DNA from: the human T2T-CHM13v2.0 reference genome, Homo sapiens
Assembly: GCF_009914755.1 (NCBI RefSeq)
Contig: NC_060932.1
Reading direction: 5' to 3' (one strand)
DNA length: 64,000 bases
In this document: in pieces, positions 1 to 13,639 of the stretch
Layout of the letters: each line of letters begins with the position of its first letter
How positions within the stretch are numbered: position 1 is the first letter of the stretch
Program-made: the position numbers and the translations under genes
Notes under the pieces: model-generated
Databases searched by the model: none
Told to the model about the DNA's origin: nothing
What the model saw: only the letters and a program-made list of their open reading frames with translations

Positions 1-54
1 GACAGACAGATAGATAGATAAATAGATAGATAGATAGATAGATAGAAAGATATA
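1..54. repeat. (GACA)/(GATA)n tetranucleotide microsatellite
   Basis: gacagacagatagatagata... run at the window start. Confidence 0.95.
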
Positions 55-288
55 GTAAACAGACGATATATATATATATAATACACATCTTTGAAAACTT
101 AAACACATCTTTGAAGACTTAAAAAGGAATAAATGTAAAAGATTTCATTTTTTTAATATATTGATTAGGTATTGAAATGATATATCTATACATATATATG
201 TATAGATATATTGTCTGTTTACAATTCCATTTAGGCTATAGTTCACAATGTGTATATATATATACAGTATACAACACACACAAACACA
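55..288. repeat. Complex TA-rich tract containing a 78-bp copy of 4139-4216, a 32-bp palindrome and flanking inverted repeats
   Basis: 101-178 matches 4139-4216 at 76/78; 180-211 is a perfect palindrome; 55-70 is the reverse complement of 207-222 at 15/16. Confidence 0.9.
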
Positions 289-1420
289 GTGCTCCTCCCA
301 CCCCATTATTTCTTCTTCTCTTCTCCAGATGGTGGAGTCTATACAGTATAGTGTCTTATAGTAACATATCTCATAAAAAGGAAGGCGAGGGTTTTAGTTT
401 GTTTTTTTTTTTTAATCTGCTTTGCTACAGGCTATGGAAGACTAGCTCTACTCAATATAATACTTAGCTCAGTAAAATTATCATTACACACTGACAACAG
501 AAGGAAACTCTGTGGCTAGCCTTGCTAAAAGAGTCTTAAAACACATATATCCTTCAAATGGTATGCATTTTGAGTAACTGCAATGGTATTGCTCCAGGCA
601 AGTTACTTACAGACTTAAGACCAGACTAATTGGTCTTAGAATGGGCTGAACAATTAACTTTTGCTTTAAATTAAAACAACTTTATTTTAATTTCAATTGA
701 TCATAAGGCATGAAACATGAAGTTAAAAAAAGCTGAAGGGTATATGGCAGAAAAAAAATTTTACTGTTTCAGATTTACTAGTAATTAAGACAGCTGTGTG
801 GATAATGAAACATGCAGAAGTCAATTTTGCTTGCCACCAGATATTTAGGAAATTTTGGCCTGAATTTATAAAAAGTCATAAATTCACAAAAGGAAATTTG
901 AATGCTTTTTTTAATTTAAAGAAAATATCAAAATTTCTTGATTATACAATATTTTTTTTTCATTGCCCAGAAGTTGCATGATACAGTAAGTTTTAAGAAA
1001 ATAAAGTTGCTGAATATCTACCAAACCCAACAATTCCTATCTTGAATTTGGGATTTTATTCTGTACAAATATATTCAAAATTATATCTTTATTTTATACA
1101 AATGCATTCAAATTAAAAGGGAACCAATGATATATGTACTATTTTATAACTCTTTAAACTGCAAACACAGCTTGAGTATTTCCATATTTTAAAGAAGTCT
1201 CAAAGCATGAATTTAAATTTGTATAATATTCCAAATTATAGCCCCTTATTATTGAAATTTTAAATTGTTATTAATGTTTTATTATTCCAACCAATGTTCT
1301 ATGTTTAAAACATCTTTATTCATAAATATATGATTATTATTTTTAATGCATTCTTATACATATATATACACCTAAAACCATATATATAATATGTAACATT
1401 CTATGTGTACATAATATATA

Positions 1421-1653
1421 CAGTAAGTATTCACTTAACATTGTCTATAGGTTCTTGGAAATTGTGATTTTAAGTGAATGACATAATAAAAACCGATTTT
1501 CTCTTTCTCATCAACATTATAACAAAAAGACTTTGAAGGAAACAACACTATTTGAGAACCTGCTATGTGGTATTTTGCTTAAAGTTACCAAGAACCTATA
1601 CCAAGAAACTATATAGTTTCCAGGAACCTGCTGATGATAGTGAGGGCTTACTG
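1421..1653. mobile_element. MER6B-like TcMar-Tigger MITE
   Basis: Terminal inverted repeats cagtaagtattcact / agtgagggcttactg, TA on both sides, internal match to recalled MER6B consensus. Confidence 0.85.
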
Positions 1654-1769
1654 TATATAGTTTTATACACACACACACACACATATATATATTCAAAGAA
1701 TATATATATAAATTTCAAAGAATATATATGTATGTTTATATATTTAAATTTTATATGTATATATATATA

Positions 1770-2295
1770 TTCAAAGAAAAATGACAGTCAACACAGTTAA
1801 ACAGACAGGGATGACATTATTCAAGACTATTGTAATAGGGTTCAAGACTGTTGCAATAGGAGAAAGAAGCTGAACTCAACTCTGCTGATGCAAATGGTGG
1901 AAGGATTTTTAAGGGCTAGGGTAAGCTAACAGAAAAGTACTGGAGTGCATTATGGAGAAAATTGGTCAATGTGATTCGACCATCTGCTTGTTAATTAGCA
2001 CTTATCTAAGTTAGATTACTTCCCCTCCTCAAAGGCTTGAATATGGGGTCGCTATCTCCTTTCCTGCTTACATTTCTAAGACATGGCTTTCAAATCCTTA
2101 AGAAAGACATTCCTGGGTTGTAAAACTGGCAAGAGTCTGGGAAAAGATTTACATCTCAAAAAAGTAAAGGTTTAAGGTACAATGGCAAGTTTTCTAAAGT
2201 AAATGCTGCAAGAAAAGAGAAGTCAGGGTCCTATAATCTGGAAGAAACATGTCTAAAGTTTAATTGAGCCAAGGGTAGTATTAAGGCCATCTTAA
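1770..2295 (-). mobile_element. ERV1-class solo LTR (MER67/MER31-like)
   Basis: attcaagactattgtaataggg...tgaactcaactc motif typical of the MER31/MER67 antisense; subfamily uncertain. Confidence 0.6.
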
Positions 2296-2394
2296 TTATG
2301 TATACAGATACCTATTGACAGATATGTCTATATTTTATGTATATATCCTAATTGTCCTTGTATATTTATATATGTGCATGTATATACATATATA

Positions 2395-2719
2395 TTTTTT
2401 GTTTTGTTTTGTTTCTTTTGTTTAGTTTTGTTTTGAGACAGGGTCTTGTTCTGTCAACCAAGCTGCAATGCAATGATGTGGTCATAGCTCACTATACCCT
2501 CAACCTCCTTGGCTCAAGTGATCCTCCCACCTCAGCCTCCCTAGTACCTAGAAATACAGGTGCATGCCACTATGCCTGTCTAATTTTTTATTATTGTAGA
2601 GATAGGGTATTGCTATTTTGCCAGGCTGGTCTTGAATTCCTGGCCTTAAGTGATCCACCCACCTTTTCCTCCCAAACCCCAAACTGCTGAGATTACAGGC
2701 ATGAGCCACCTTGCCCAGC
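2395..2719 (-). mobile_element. Alu (AluJ-like)
   Basis: T-rich tail, gagacagggtcttg...gattacaggcatgagccacc; diverged. Confidence 0.95.
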
Positions 2720-4059
2720 TCTTATATATTTAATATTAAATATTTTCATATATAGTGCCACCACCATCACTAGCCTAGATTATTTTCTTCTATCCCCAAC
2801 CCTAACTTTGAGAATTGCAGTATTATAATGTGGAATATAATCTTAATATTATATATTTATCTTCTTATGCAAGAATTATTTATAAGACACATAATCTGCA
2901 CTAATATCACATTTACAATATATAACTGCAGTAGTTTGTATTGAAATACACAGTTTAAATTTTAAAAAAATATCTATCTAACCAGTAACTAACTGGTAGA
3001 TTTTATGAACTCTTCTATTTGATTTTTTGTAAGATATCAAAGTCAACTATTTTCATGAAAATAAAATGCAAGTCTCATTTGGGGAGCTAAACAACAAACA
3101 TGTGTTTTCATGAGATTACATAACAAATAACAGCCCTTAGTTTTTACAACTCTACTATAACACAAAGATACAGATCAATTTTCATGGGAGAAATATTGGC
3201 AATGAATACAAAATTAATAGAAAAGCATTACATGACACTAATATAACTGAGTTGTTTAAATGAATTTAAAGGGTCGGCATCCAGGAATTGCTGTTCTTTA
3301 TACTATAGTTACATTTCTCATCAAAGAAAATGAAATTCCCAAGTACTTTGTATGAATTATTACAAATTCATGCTTCTGGGTTTCTATCTCTGCCAGTGTT
3401 TTTGCCACTGTCCTGTCATGTGACCTCAGACAAGCTAATTAATCTTTCCTGTTTGTTTTAGCCCTTTCATCCATTAAATGTGCCCACAGGGTGAATTGTC
3501 AGGTGAGCACTTACTGTAGTTCCAAAAAAAGATCCAATTTCAAGCCAGAAGAAGAATACAAGACAAAAGTGCCCAATAATTTTGCTTTCAGGAGCACTTT
3601 TGTCCCTAACTTCTGTACTTCACATCAAATTGCAACGTGCAGTTGCTTCTGAGAATATCTGGGGAATGTAAATGTTAATTCCAACTCTTCAACATTTGGG
3701 GAATCACAATGTGAATAAACTAAAATTTAACTATAGTTGTGATGTGACTATAGTCATGGTGAAACAGGTTGTCATTAATGGGAAACATGGAGTAATAGAG
3801 GAAATATCACAGAAAGGAATACACAAACAAATTTGGGATGCAATTCCTATGATAAGTGGATATTATTTTCTACCCTAAAATGGAAGGAAAGGGAGCAAAA
3901 CATGGTGTGTATAGAGAAATGAAATAGTGGCACGTATAGACTTACATTGTTATTTTTTTTCTATACCCTTCTTTAAGTCTATGAGGTGTGGCCACCAGAT
4001 TTCAAATCATCTTACTGAGACAACTAAATAGACAAATATGTGTTGCAGATCTGTGATGA

Positions 4060-4325
4060 TGGGTACATAGCCACTAGCCCCCTATGTCTATTAAGCACTT
4101 GAAATGTGGTTAATCTGAATTGGGATGTGTTGCAATACAAACACATCTTTGAAGACTTAAAAAGGAATAAATGTGAAAGATTTCATTTTTTAAATATATT
4201 GATTAGGTATTGAAATAATGTTTAGGCTATATTGAATTAAAATGTGTTATTAAACTTAAATGTACCTGCTTCGCTTGCTTTTTAATGGAGCTTTTGAAAA
4301 TTTAAGGTGGTATATGTAGCTCTCC
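4060..4325 (-). mobile_element. MER33 (hAT-Charlie) DNA transposon
   Basis: tagccactagcc...gcacttgaaatgtgg...gaagactta...ttgaaat matches recalled MER33 antisense. Confidence 0.8.
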
Positions 4326-4660
4326 TTTGGGTTCAGGAAGGGCATAGGAAGTTGCTGAAAATAAGAACATGATAAAGTGGAAATGTTGAGAGCCGCTTAG
4401 CACATCAGCATGCGTGCAATAGAACCAGCAATGTGTAGGTGAGGCTGTCCCTTTTTCTCTTCAACTGTCACTGGTGAAGGTCATCCATAGACTGAAACAT
4501 GGTGGCCAAGAAAAGGTTAGCTGTGATTTTCCTCCTACTAGTTTAAGTTTCTGGTAATTAAATTTCTGTTACAATGATTTTAGGGGAACACGTTAGAGAG
4601 GTCATTAAGAGGTATGCCTGTCCAATATTTCACCTCTAGGCAGAATGCTGAAAACATTCA

Positions 4661-5056
<396 letters not shown>

Positions 5057-5269
5057 TCAAATCAAAGAGTAGATGCAGTTCTATAAAAACACCTATATTC
5101 AATGAAATATACTCACTGAACTCATGAAGGAGTCACTGACTGTTTTATTAGGCATAGTCTATCTTTTCTTGCATTGTGATTGCAAAGTGAAAAACATTGG
5201 TGTCAAATTAGCCTAAACAAAATTGTAAACTCAAATAAATAATACTAAAGCTACTAATAATGGCCAAAC

Positions 5270-5470
5270 TTACTGAAAATTGATCAAGTGTGAAGGTCTC
5301 TCTCTCTCTATCTTAATGTTATTTCAGTCTTTACAACTTCTGAATCAAGTAGTCACTATTTAGATTCCCATTTCACACCTAAATAAACTAATAGAGGTTA
5401 TACAATGTGTCCAAGGTCATGTAAGTGAAAAGTGGCCGAGCTGGGATTTAAATTCAATCAATATAGCTTC
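5270..5470 (-). mobile_element. MIR
   Basis: cccatttcaca...aaact...agaggtta...ccaaggtca...gagctgggattt core. Confidence 0.65.
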
Positions 5471-5907
5471 AGGAATAATGCAAGGATGAAATCCACACAG
5501 CACTTAATACATATAATCCTTCAATAAATATTATCTATTGTTACTATTAATATAAATTAGACTGCCGTAAAAGGGATTAGTTACAGGTTTGTTAGGTTTT
5601 CATGTAATAAAATCAACCTGAAGTTAACCATTTTAGTTTTTGCTTTCCTGGAAATAAAAAAAAAATTATTTGTGTTTTTCAAAAACATCTGTGTCAATGC
5701 TGTGTGATTTTTTTCACCTTCTTCTTAATTCACCACCTCCTAACTTTTATTTGAAAGATGATGAAACAAAAGACCAGGAGGGTTATTAATTTGGTTAAAC
5801 CATAAAGCTTGTAGGTAGTTGGGCCACAACATAAATTTCAATCTGATTTCAAAATTCATTCACATAACCAACATTCTAGAGCCATATAGAAAATCTGCTT
5901 TAAAAGC

Positions 5908-6185
5908 TTTTATTTTTTTTTCTTTTGAGACACAGTTTCACCTTGTCACCCAGGCTAGAGTGCAGTGGTGCGAACTGGACTCCCTGTAGCCTCCACCTCT
6001 GGGGCTCAAGTGATCCTCCACTTGGGCCTCCTAAGTAGCGGGGTACTCACCACCATGCCCAGCTAATTTTTGTATTTTTTGTAGAGACATAGTTTTGCTA
6101 TGTAGCCCAGGCTGGTCTCAAGTGATCCTCCTGCCTCAGCCTCCCAAAGGGCTAGGATTACAGGCATGAAATACCACACCCAGCA
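5908..6185 (-). mobile_element. Alu (AluJ-like)
   Basis: Poly-T, gagacacagtttc...ggattacaggcatg; taaaagc-like TSD. Confidence 0.93.
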
Positions 6186-9100
6186 TAAAAAGCATATTTT
6201 AAAAATACATAAATAAAATAATTTGAAAACTTAATGTACAATCAAGGTGAAGACACAGTAGGCATTATACAGAATTGAAAAATTATAATCACCATTAATT
6301 AATTAAAACACTAATAACTATTGGAAGGTTAGTAGTATCCATAGCATTATGAAGTATGGATAATCCCAAGTGCCTAAATTGTGTTGTCATTAAATGTCAG
6401 AATTTCACATAGTGTAATAAAGTCAAAAACTAAAAATAAGACATATTTACAAGCTTCAATGCTTAAATTCCAAAAATTAACTAATATTCTTTAACCTTTT
6501 TTCTCTTTTACAATCTTTGTGTTGTAAATTATGCAACATGTCTTAGAAAAAGTACATCTAGAAGAAATCAGTTTTAAAAAGTATCTTCACGCGTTTCTTT
6601 AAACCGCTCCCTTAAAGCTAGTTAAAACAGTAAGCGTGATTTTGTTTAGCCTTTCATTTTATAAGTTTAAGATGCCATTTCCTTCCGCCCTCTTTCGAAG
6701 AATCATTACCTTGAAAAATGAGTTTGGCACTTTTAATCATTCCACAATAACCCTTATATTCAACTTTGAATGGCATTTTCTTTATGCAAAACTATTCTCT
6801 AGGAAATACATCCTCAAAAAGTTTCTTTCTAATTCTACTTGTTGGAGGAATGATTTTTGACCAATGCCTTTGTTTCTGATATGGAGACACATCAGAATCA
6901 CTAGTGGGAAAGCAGGTAACTGGAGGAACTAGGCACACCATCAGGGGATTGCCCATGCCATGGACACACACACAAATGGAAAGGACTCAAGTATGAGAGG
7001 CTACCGCATGGCACTCTAGAGTAAAAATCCAAAGCAACAGGTCAAGGGAAGGGTCTTGGGGTTCCTGGAAACCATTTTCCAGGAACTGATTTTACCCTGG
7101 AGACAATCTTTGATATCACTGCTTATGTCATTTGCTACTAAATCTAATTACACAACGTTGTTAAAAGTTGAAAAAAAATTTTTTTGATCAGATGCAGCAA
7201 GAAATGTCCCTTTAATATCAAGAAATTGGTATGGCTAAACAATTTCACTATAAAATTTTCCAAACATGTGACCAAAATTAAATATTTATAAAATCTTTAA
7301 GGTTAAATATTTATAATATATTTTTGGCATTATTGGTTTTTGAAAAGTAATTTCATGACAGTATTCATAAAGTGAAATGTATTTGAGTTGTAACACATTT
7401 GTTTTTAAAAATTAAGAATGTGGATTTTTATTTTGAAACAATAATAGACTTGAGATTTAACTTACCGGCAAAATTGCAACCGTCGGTTTTACTAAGATTT
7501 CGACCTTTTAGAAAAGTCTCTGTGGGTATCTTAGTGCCCTCGAAATGTGGAGTAATTTTATAATTGATTTCTTCTGACAGGGTTAATTAAAGCCTTTAAC
7601 AGCTCTTCCTTAATCTAGAAAACCAGACAAAATAGATGCTACAGAAGAGAGACACCAAAATACCACATTGGATATGGCTTTCTAACATACTTTTTTTTTT
7701 AGAAGAAAGGGGATATTGGGTGGCGATAGCTGAGAAGGATCAGAATCTTGCAGTCATAAGAAAGTAGTGAAAGCATGTTGAGTTTACCCCTACATTTTTG
7801 GTTTGGCCATAGATGTGTGACTTTCGGAACGATCAGTTAGCATCTCAACAATTTCCCTTATGGTAACATATTAAAATGCTTATCTGAATTTGTAGAGCCT
7901 ACACCCCTTTTGCACATTTTCCTACTTGCTTCAGCATCCTATACATTTCTCCATGTATTCATATATATTTCAAGGAATTAGGTGATCCTGGGTTTTATTA
8001 GCTTAAAGAGAATAAACAGCTTCTTATAAGCACATAAATTAATCATGTCTACTAGCTCTGGTCATAAATAGAAGTCCATTACTTTTTATAAAATGGAGAA
8101 AAAAACAAATAAAATATTAATTAAATGTGTCACTCATGCCCATGACAATCAAGAACAGTTTTTTTTACACCTTTCTATGAAAGTTGCCAGTGAGTGATGT
8201 GTAAATGCTTTATAAAACATAGATAACCTAGGAATAATCATGCTTGCATCTGATTTAGATGATATGACAAGTTTCTAGGTCAAAAAGAAGTAGAGATCTG
8301 TTTCATGCCTTTAAAAACTGGTATTATTTCAAGTTAAATTTTCTTCTTAAATTGTATGCACAATTTCCTTGTTATGCAATGCACAACTGTATATGTTATG
8401 CTAGAACATTATGGAATAAAAACAATTGCAAACTTGTGTATTCAGACTTGCACTTGGGCAAAATCAATCATTTTGGAAATATAGTCTCCACTGTGATACA
8501 ATGATTATCAGGAAAGCATACCAAGTCCCTCCCACTCTCCTTTGACTCTCTCTTCCTCAGACACATGCAGGGTTATCTCCTCAGTGATGTTTTAATTGGG
8601 TGAGGAAGATCCACTAGAGACACTGGTAGATAATATTTCCATCCAGGCCTCTATCCTGCTCCCTTACAAATAGGGAGTACCTGGTCCATTCTCATTAGAC
8701 GTATCCGCTGGGTCTGAAGCAGGCCTGTAGTTAGGCGTCTTAAACAACTTAGTATTTTGAGAACACCAGTATGCATGGCCTCTTACATATGACTATATAT
8801 CTTCAAAAGATGATTTTACCTGCTTTCTACTATCCGCATATGTGGGAGTCCTTATCGCCTATTACTTTAGAGAGTTAATACCCTCTTTGCATGTATTTAC
8901 CTAGAATTTGTCTTTCTAGAATAAGTGTTAGTTTAACGACCCTTCTAGTTCCCCTGCTTCCCTAAACATTCTAGCGACAGAATATTTAAGGGTCAAACCT
9001 GTGACTTAAAGCCATTGTTTTTATTATTTGAACGATAATAGTAACACATGCAGTTGATTTAAACTCTGATCTCAATTTCAAATGCATATTCATCTTCTAA

Positions 9101-9747
9101 AAAGTAGGTGCAATTTTCCTGGCAACCTCCTTTTGCTTGAAAGAGATTCTTTCCATCACATTCAAAGTAAACAGTGTCTTGGGTTAAATCTCGATAGTAT
9201 ACTTCAATCTTCAAGTCCTGACTCAGACTTGATATAATTCTGAGTGAAGGAGGGATCAGAGGAGCACAGAGAGATTGGTGAGAATGAGACAAATAAATCA
9301 TTGTCAGCATTTTGTTAAAATATAAACTTACATACCAGCATTTTTAAAGGCACTTTGCCAATATACTGGTAAATTCACACAATGAAATTATGCTACAGCT
9401 TTTTAAAGGTCTGAACATTTAACAAAAGACTTCGATTTTAATCTCAGTTTTGATGCCAACACATTATATGACCTTAGGTGAGTTGCTTAATATTCCTGAG
9501 AATCAATTCTTTATCTATAAAATTAGGGTTTTATTTTTCAGATTCTTCTGAGTTTTAAGTTTCCATGATGCTGTAGTCTCTCGAATATGCAAAAAATAAA
9601 GTTTTATGAACAAACAAGGAGAAGCTTCCTGCCAATCATTTCAAATATGTAGGCAAAAGAAGAAATTATCTTACCCTGCTTTAATATACAGATGAGGTTG
9701 TAGGGTTTGCTATAATATATATTTTAATGTGATGTTTCTGGTAGTCT

Positions 9748-9815
9748 ACATGTACCCTAAAACTTAAAGTATAATTAAAAAATAAATAAATAAAAATAAA
9801 ATAAAATAAAATAAA
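9748..9815 (+). mobile_element. Ultra-short 3' terminal fragment of a young L1 (L1PA2/PA3-type end) with A-rich tail
   Basis: acatgtaccctaaaacttaaagtataat followed by (taaaa)n. Confidence 0.85.
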
Positions 9816-10659
9816 GTTCATGCCATAATGTTGTCTGAGGATGTTGTTACTATGGGGCTTTTATCAAACATCTTGTCTAACACTTAATGTAGGAAGAAAT
9901 TTAAATGACTTTTCAAAGTGATCAATAAAATCTAAAAATATGTATATGCAATGACAAATCCTAGCACTCAGTAAGATGATTTATATTACACAATTCTAAC
10001 TGTCCTTTTGAACTGACATGTATTTGTTGTTTTAATAAAATTTTGTTTACTACTTTAGTGAGTCATTTCCAGTCCCTAGATTTCCAACAGAGTTTTGGTT
10101 TCCTCTCATTGACACTCGATATATTTCTAATATGTATAGCATGTACATACCTACACAATTATGAAATAGTATCTGCTGTAGTATCACAGCCAGTACTACA
10201 TACATGAATTTATGATTATTTAGTATACATTTAATACTGGTACAAAATATGCTGTAAATCTGTTATTTCTAGAAAACCGTATTTTAAAATTTGCACATTT
10301 TTTAGACACTACAGTACCTAAAGTAAGCAACTCCGTTAATATAAGCATTATTTAAACAAGCTATATTTTAGAATTTGAGTTTGGTGGTTTGGCTTTTTTG
10401 TTGTTGCTCCATTTATTTGCTATTGTGTTTATTTTTAACAGGAAAGTAATATACACAGTTTTAACATGGGGCTTCTCCTCGCCATGCAGCCCCGTACTCT
10501 GCTGTGTTGGTTGTGGATGGTCAGCGGCAGCAATCCTAGACCACACTCCTTCCTTGTTGCATATTTTTGCACCTTGCTCATGATAGTCCTCTCTATCTTA
10601 AATGCCTTCTACTATCAAGCCTAAATGGAAAACTATTATTCAGCCTTGCAAACTAATCT

Positions 10660-10940
10660 CTTTTTGGTTTGTTTTTGCAGAGACAGGGTCTTGCTCTGTC
10701 GCCCAGGCCGAAGTCCATTCATAGCTCACTGCAGCCTCAAACACCTGGGATTAAACTATCCTCTTGCTTCAGCCTCCCAAGTAGCTGGAACTATAGGAGC
10801 ACACACCACTATGCCCAGCTAATTTTCTTATTTTTTGTAGAGATGGGGTTTCACTTTGTTGCCCAGGCTGGTCTCAAGCTCCTCCAGCCTTGACCTCTCA
10901 AGGTACTCAGATTACAGGTGTGAGCCACCATACGCAGCTT
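10660..10940 (-). mobile_element. Alu (AluJ-like)
   Basis: Antisense dimer; TSD aaactaatct at 10650-10659 and 10942-10951. Confidence 0.93.
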
Positions 10941-12077
10941 AAAACTAATCTTAAATCTAGTTTTCTTAGTCAAATACTGAAAACAATCTAATTAGTTTCT
11001 GAACATTACAATAACGTATTATGTGGTTGTAAAGAATTAAAAGCAGCTACATCTGTAAATAATTATACAGGAAGATCTGCAGATTATTCTGTAAAGAGAA
11101 TATTATGATAAGCTTTTTGTAAAAAAGTACATATCAACATTTTTGCACATAGAATATTGAAGAAAGTACTATTAATACTTGGATCTGGGGTAGGATGAAG
11201 AATTTATTTTCATTTATATTTTAATTTTAACATTTTGCTCTCTTCATATATTACTTTCAATTAATAATGGTTTATTAAAAAATCCTTCACACAGTTATTT
11301 TTTGCCCACTCAAGTAAAATTAATTATTACTTGCTTGTGTCCTAAGATGTTAATATTCAGATACTTTATGTCTCGTGCTCCAGTAAGAATTTCAAAAATC
11401 GTTATACCACCTGACATATTTTTAGGGGAACATCTAAATTTTCTCATTGGAAATTCAAAAGCATATAAAGAATGTAATTTTTAGCATATGTAAAATATTT
11501 CAAAAACTCTTTTAAATATGTTCAATGAATATATATAAATATGTTCAATAAAATCTAAATATTATGACAATGTGTCACTTTTATCTTGTGAAATCTGAAT
11601 AAGATTATCTTTAAGTTCCAACTTATACATTGCTTTAACATTTTCAATCTCATACAGAATGCATATGATATAATAAATGTTCTTCATAGGTTGTCCTATC
11701 ATACTTCTTTGCAGTGAAAATTGACATTTACTTAATTTTAAATTTTCTGTTACAATGAAGATTTAATTGCCAGAAATTTTCTTTTGGATTCAATTGTCAT
11801 TATGGTTGTCAATGGTTCCAATTTTAGTATATGTACTGTGGAAGTGAGCACTACAGTTATTAATGGAATTGATCACAACAATATTAGTATTATTACAACT
11901 TGATAAATATTAATTGAACACAAAACAATATTTTTTCTACATGATTCATGTATCCATGTACTATTTATTACTATTTATTACGACAAGGAGACAAGGTTCA
12001 TTATTAATTGTATTACAGTTTTTCATTTCATAGATGCAAAGGTTGAAGAAATTTTTTCACAAAAATACAAAGTAATA

Positions 12078-12389
12078 GGCTGGATGCAGTGGCTCACACC
12101 TGTAATCCCAGCACTTTGGGAGGCCAAGGCAGAAGGATCACTTGAGTCTAGGAGTTCGAGACCAGCCTGGGCAGCATAATAAGACCTCATCTCTACAAAA
12201 AAAATCCAAAAATAATTAGCTGGGCATGGAGGGCACGTGCCTAGCCACTTGAGAGGCTGAGGTTGGAGAGGCGCTTGAGCCCAGGAGGTCGAGGCCACAG
12301 TGAGCTGTGATCTTGCCAATGTATACTCCAGCCTGGGTGACAGAGTAAGACACCCATCTTAAAATAAGTAAATCAATCAATCAATCAAT
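12078..12389 (+). mobile_element. Alu (AluJ-like), tail decayed to (AATC)n
   Basis: ggctggatgcagtggctcacacctgtaatccc...gagcccaggaggtcgaggcc. Confidence 0.93.
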
Positions 12390-12526
12390 ATCAAGGAATA
12401 TAAAGAGTTCTGATGTGGCGTCATCACTGAAGTTTGGACTCTTTCCAAGGTGTGACAGACAGAAATGGTTAGTTGATTGGACCTTCCTTCAATTTTTCTT
12501 GAAAGAAAAGAATTGAAGCCCATCTG

Positions 12527-12579
12527 CTTTTTTTTTCTTTTCTTCTCTTTCTTTTCTTTTCTTTTTTCTTTTCTTTTTT
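12527..12579. repeat. (TTTTC)n low-complexity tract
   Basis: Direct reading. Confidence 0.9.
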
Positions 12580-12774
12580 GAAGCATGGATATGGCATCTT
12601 TATTTTCTGAAAGGGGAAAGGTAAGAGTGGACCATGTATTGTATTTGCTGGTCTCCCTAAAGAAAACAAGCCAGAAATACAAGAAGTTGATGAAAGTGGT
12701 CATCTAAGGCGTCAGAGGCGGGTAAGAGTTGCCAGCCTCTCTGTATGTTTGGATTATTATGTCATGTGAATTTG

Positions 12775-12880
12775 CACTGATCCTAAAACCAAAACACAGA
12801 TTCCTAGGCCCCGCCAATCAGAAAGTCTGATACAGCTGCCCTGCAGTGAGGAGTTGGAGGTTGTGTTTCCAAGAGGTGGA
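12775..12880. mobile_element. MER5A-like fragment
   Basis: acagattcctaggccccgcc...gtctgatacag resembles the MER5A core. Confidence 0.5.
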
Positions 12881-13194
12881 ACCTATCTTCTTTTAAACAG
12901 TTGCCCAGTCATTACAGCCATGTGCTCAGTTTCCTCAAAGGAAACCGAATATTGAATGTTAAAACTTAGCAATAATGATCAATTATATCAAGTACTCTTT
13001 TACTTAAAGGCAATTTGTTTAGATATTTAAGAAAAGTTTGTAAAACTGATATTGTTATAAATTAAAACATTTTATATACAATATTTTTCAGGTCACAATG
13101 ATGTGTTTCAAGTATAATGTTGCAAAAGTATTGTAGCTTTGAATTTAGCTCAATGTAGGAAAAAATATTGACCATATAAATAATTGAAAAGGTC

Positions 13195-13498
13195 TGTGAT
13201 GGTTAATGTTAGGTGTCAACTTAGACTGCATTAAGGAATGCTTTGAGAACTGGTAAAGCATTACTTCTTGGAGTGTCTGTAAGGGTGTTTCAAGAGGAGA
13301 CTGGCATATGAGTCCATTGACTGTGTGAGTAAGATCTGCCCTCAGTGTGGGCAGGCACCATTCAATTAGCTAGGGGTGGAATACAACAAAAAGGCAGAGA
13401 AAGATGAATTATCTTTCTCTCTCCTGGAGCTGGGGCACGTTTTTTCTCTTGTCCTTGGACATCAGAACTCCAAGTTCTCTGGCTTCTGGATTCAGGAT
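13195..13498 (+). mobile_element. MLT2B-like (ERVL) LTR, 3'-truncated
   Basis: tgtgatggttaatgttaggtgtcaactt...aactggtaaagcatta...ggacatcagaactcc. Confidence 0.88.
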
Positions 13499-13639
13499 TT
13501 CTCTATTGAGTAGTTTCACAGCATAAATATGAGTAAGAAAGCCAGTCTATGCATAATCATTTCATCAGTCACATTAGTTGAGATAATTGTGAGCCATTAC
13601 CAATGTAAACACAAATTGGATTATAAAGTATCCAGAGAG

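Noticed and set aside
12805-12825. GC-box plus CCAAT (ggccccgccaatcag) as a promoter
   Set aside because: Lies in a MER5A-like relic with no CpG island or downstream gene structure.
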